A DNA stretch of 64,000 nucleotides, from contig NC_068981.1 in NCBI RefSeq assembly GCF_001194135.2, positions 191,465,024 to 191,529,023 of the forward strand, read 5' to 3'. Each line of letters starts with the position of its first letter. Position 1 is the first letter of the stretch. The stretch is from Octopus bimaculoides. Taxonomy: Eukaryota. Position numbers and translations under genes: made by a program. A model generated the notes under the pieces. It saw only the letters and a program-made list of their open reading frames with translations, searched no databases and was not told the DNA's origin. Of the stretch, positions 61,771-64,000 are shown one piece after another.

Positions 61771-62904
61771 TTGCTCTATGCTTGATGCAAGTTGCTTTGC
61801 TTACATTCAGAACTGGTTTGAATTTTTGTAGTAAAACTTGGCACAGTTTTGCTTCAAATAAACACTTCAGATATTTCGGTTTTGCATCACAAACTAAAGC
61901 TCATATTACAAAACAAATGATTTAAGTTGGGTTCAACAGCTGTAAAAACATAAATAGCATGTTTTTAAAAACTGTCAAGATAAAATTTCCCCATATTGTT
62001 TTATTCTTCCACTTGTTTCAGTCATTGGACTGCAGCCATGCTGGAGCAATGTCTTGAAAGGTTTTAGTTGAATAAATCAACTCCAGTTCTATTTTTAAGT
62101 TCAGTATTCTATCAGTCTCTTTTGCCAAAACACTAAAATTACAGGGACACAAACCAACTAACATCAGTTGTTAAAAGGGGCTGGGGATAAGACAAACATG
62201 CACACATGACAGGCTTCAACACAATTTCTGTATACTAGATTTATTCACAAGACAATTAGTTGGCCTGGAGCTATAGTAGAAGACTCTTGCCTAAGGTGCT
62301 ACATAGTGGGACTGAACCTGAAACTATATGGTTGCAAACCAAACTTCTTAATCACACATCCATGCCTGCACCTATATAAATCAATTATATTATCTACATA
62401 TTAACTGGGAATAATAGATTTCTCCACTTATTCTTATTGTAGAGTAATTTTGCTCCACAAATTATGCCCAGACTGACTTAGATATTACATTTCTAGTAAG
62501 TACAAGATTCCAGATTCTTAGTGTAATTCTTTCAATGTTACAGTTTTCTAAGAAGTTTGTTTGGTAATAAAGTATCTTGGCTTATTCCTGCCTTTTATAA
62601 TATAACCATTGTGTCATCATGTTCAGTCTATCGCATCATATTTAAATATTTCTAAAATTCATCAATCTGTCTGTCTTTTCTCTGTACTAGGGGAAGTCTT
62701 TATTAGTCACTTATATGTAGAACTTAGGTGTCTTCCCTAATAAGGTTTACTGTAGAAAGTTAGAGAGTCAAACACTCTACTCAGTGATATGTCGCATTCA
62801 TAGTTCTTACTACATAATGTCTTTTTTTCTTTAATACTGTGGACTCAGTAATTTTAGTTTCCCTGTTCATATAAGATTCTTTCCAAGATAGTTCTACAAA
62901 TTAA

Positions 62905-63053
62905 GTGGTTGGCATTAGGAAGGGCATCCAGCTGTAGAAACTCTGCCAGATCAGATTGGGGCCTGGTGCAACCACCTGGTTTGCCAGTCCTCAGTCAAAT
63001 CGTCCAATCCATGCTAGCATAGAAAGTGGATGTTAAACGATGATGATGATGAC
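62905..63053 (+). mobile_element. Young RTE 3' terminus with (GAT)n tail
   Basis: Nearly identical to 570-716. Confidence 0.85.
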
Positions 63054-63054
63054 A

Positions 63055-63470
63055 AGCTGGCAGGATCGTTAGTGTGTCAAACAAAATGCGAAGTAATATT
63101 TCTTGTGGCTCTTTGTGTTCTGTGTTCTAATCCAGTCAAGGTCAACTTTACCTTTCATCCTTTCATGGTCGATGAAATAAAGTATCTGTGAGGGACTGGG
63201 GTTGAAGCAATCGACTTGACCCCTCTCACTAAAATTTCTGGCCATATGCCAAAATTAGAAAGAATTATTCTTATTATTAAGGAAGTTAGTCGGCAGGACA
63301 AAAGACTTAGCAGCATTCTGCCTGTTTTGAGTTCAAATTCCACCAAGACTGACTTTGCCTTTCATCTTCTCAAAGTCAATAAAATAAGTACCAGTTGAGT
63401 ACTGGAGTTGATGTAATCAAACCCCTCCCTCGAAATCGCTGGCCTAGTGTCTCAATTTGAAACCATTATT
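63055..63470 (+). mobile_element. Two tandem copies of a third SINE family; other copies at about 6745-6930 (+), 14905-15110 (-), 29990-30125 (+)
   Basis: Shared TT-GAGTTCAAAT-C...ACTTTGCCTTTCATC-TT....GTC-ATAAAATAAGTACCAGT...GATGTAAT-GAC..CCCT...AAAAT...GGCCT-GTGCC-AAATT-GAAA. Confidence 0.75.
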
Positions 63471-64000
63471 ATTATTATTCAATGAATACAATAAAATCCA
63501 GATGAAGCAGTGATAGTCAATCTATTTACTTCAATAGAACATAATACCAATAAATTATCTAACTAGTTGTAGCCATGGATATCAAAGTCATTTCAAACTT
63601 TATCTCAAATGTTCTGAGTTCATTATAAGAGAAACTGAATAATTGTCTTTATTGAAATTAGATTTTTCCTAAATAGTAAGCTACTTCTTCGTTTAATAAT
63701 TTCTACTTGTAATAATAGTAATTTTGAAGGCAAATGAATAAGTCTGTCTGTACTCCACATTAGTCCTCCACCACCTCCTTTTTCTCAAGTATAATCTGTC
63801 CATCTGGGATGGACTTTACATTTGATTCCTCTTGACTTTGAAGAATAGATACAGTTCAAGATTGAAATATTTCCTTGAAAACAATGTTTTTTTAATTCAA
63901 CTGAATGGTTTTTTTAAAAAGAATCTAATAACTTAGCAACACCAACCAAAACCTAACTGTTGCATATAAATAAATAAATAAATATATATATATATATATA

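Overview
AT-rich, repeat-dense animal genomic DNA from a gapped scaffold (five N runs). The SINE/RTE families, (GAT)n tails and TA/CA microsatellites resemble those I know from coleoid cephalopods, probably Octopus; this is recognition from memory, not a database search. The main gene is the 5' part of a SETD2 (H3K36 trimethyltransferase) orthologue on the + strand. It has a 65-nt first coding exon (23158-23222), a giant 6,816-nt low-complexity exon (36145-42960) and a 129-nt AWS/pre-SET exon (52107-52235). All three join in frame, and the SET domain lies beyond the window. Upstream there is an unidentified + strand gene built from microexons (about 18.8-20.7 kb) with an unresolved frameshift, plus a few orphan exon candidates. 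The rest is RTE LINE fragments, tRNA-derived SINEs, mariner remnants, mariner/pogo/piggyBac-type MITEs, Penelope-like remnants (one with an intact hammerhead ribozyme core) and a 24-bp minisatellite. I found no convincingly new biological system. The best leads are the phase-symmetric giant SETD2 exon and its short motifs, a candidate poison exon, the microexon gene, an RTE insertion with 3' tails at both ends, and the hammerhead-like motif. Repeat boundaries are approximate; exon and TIR coordinates were counted from the sequence.
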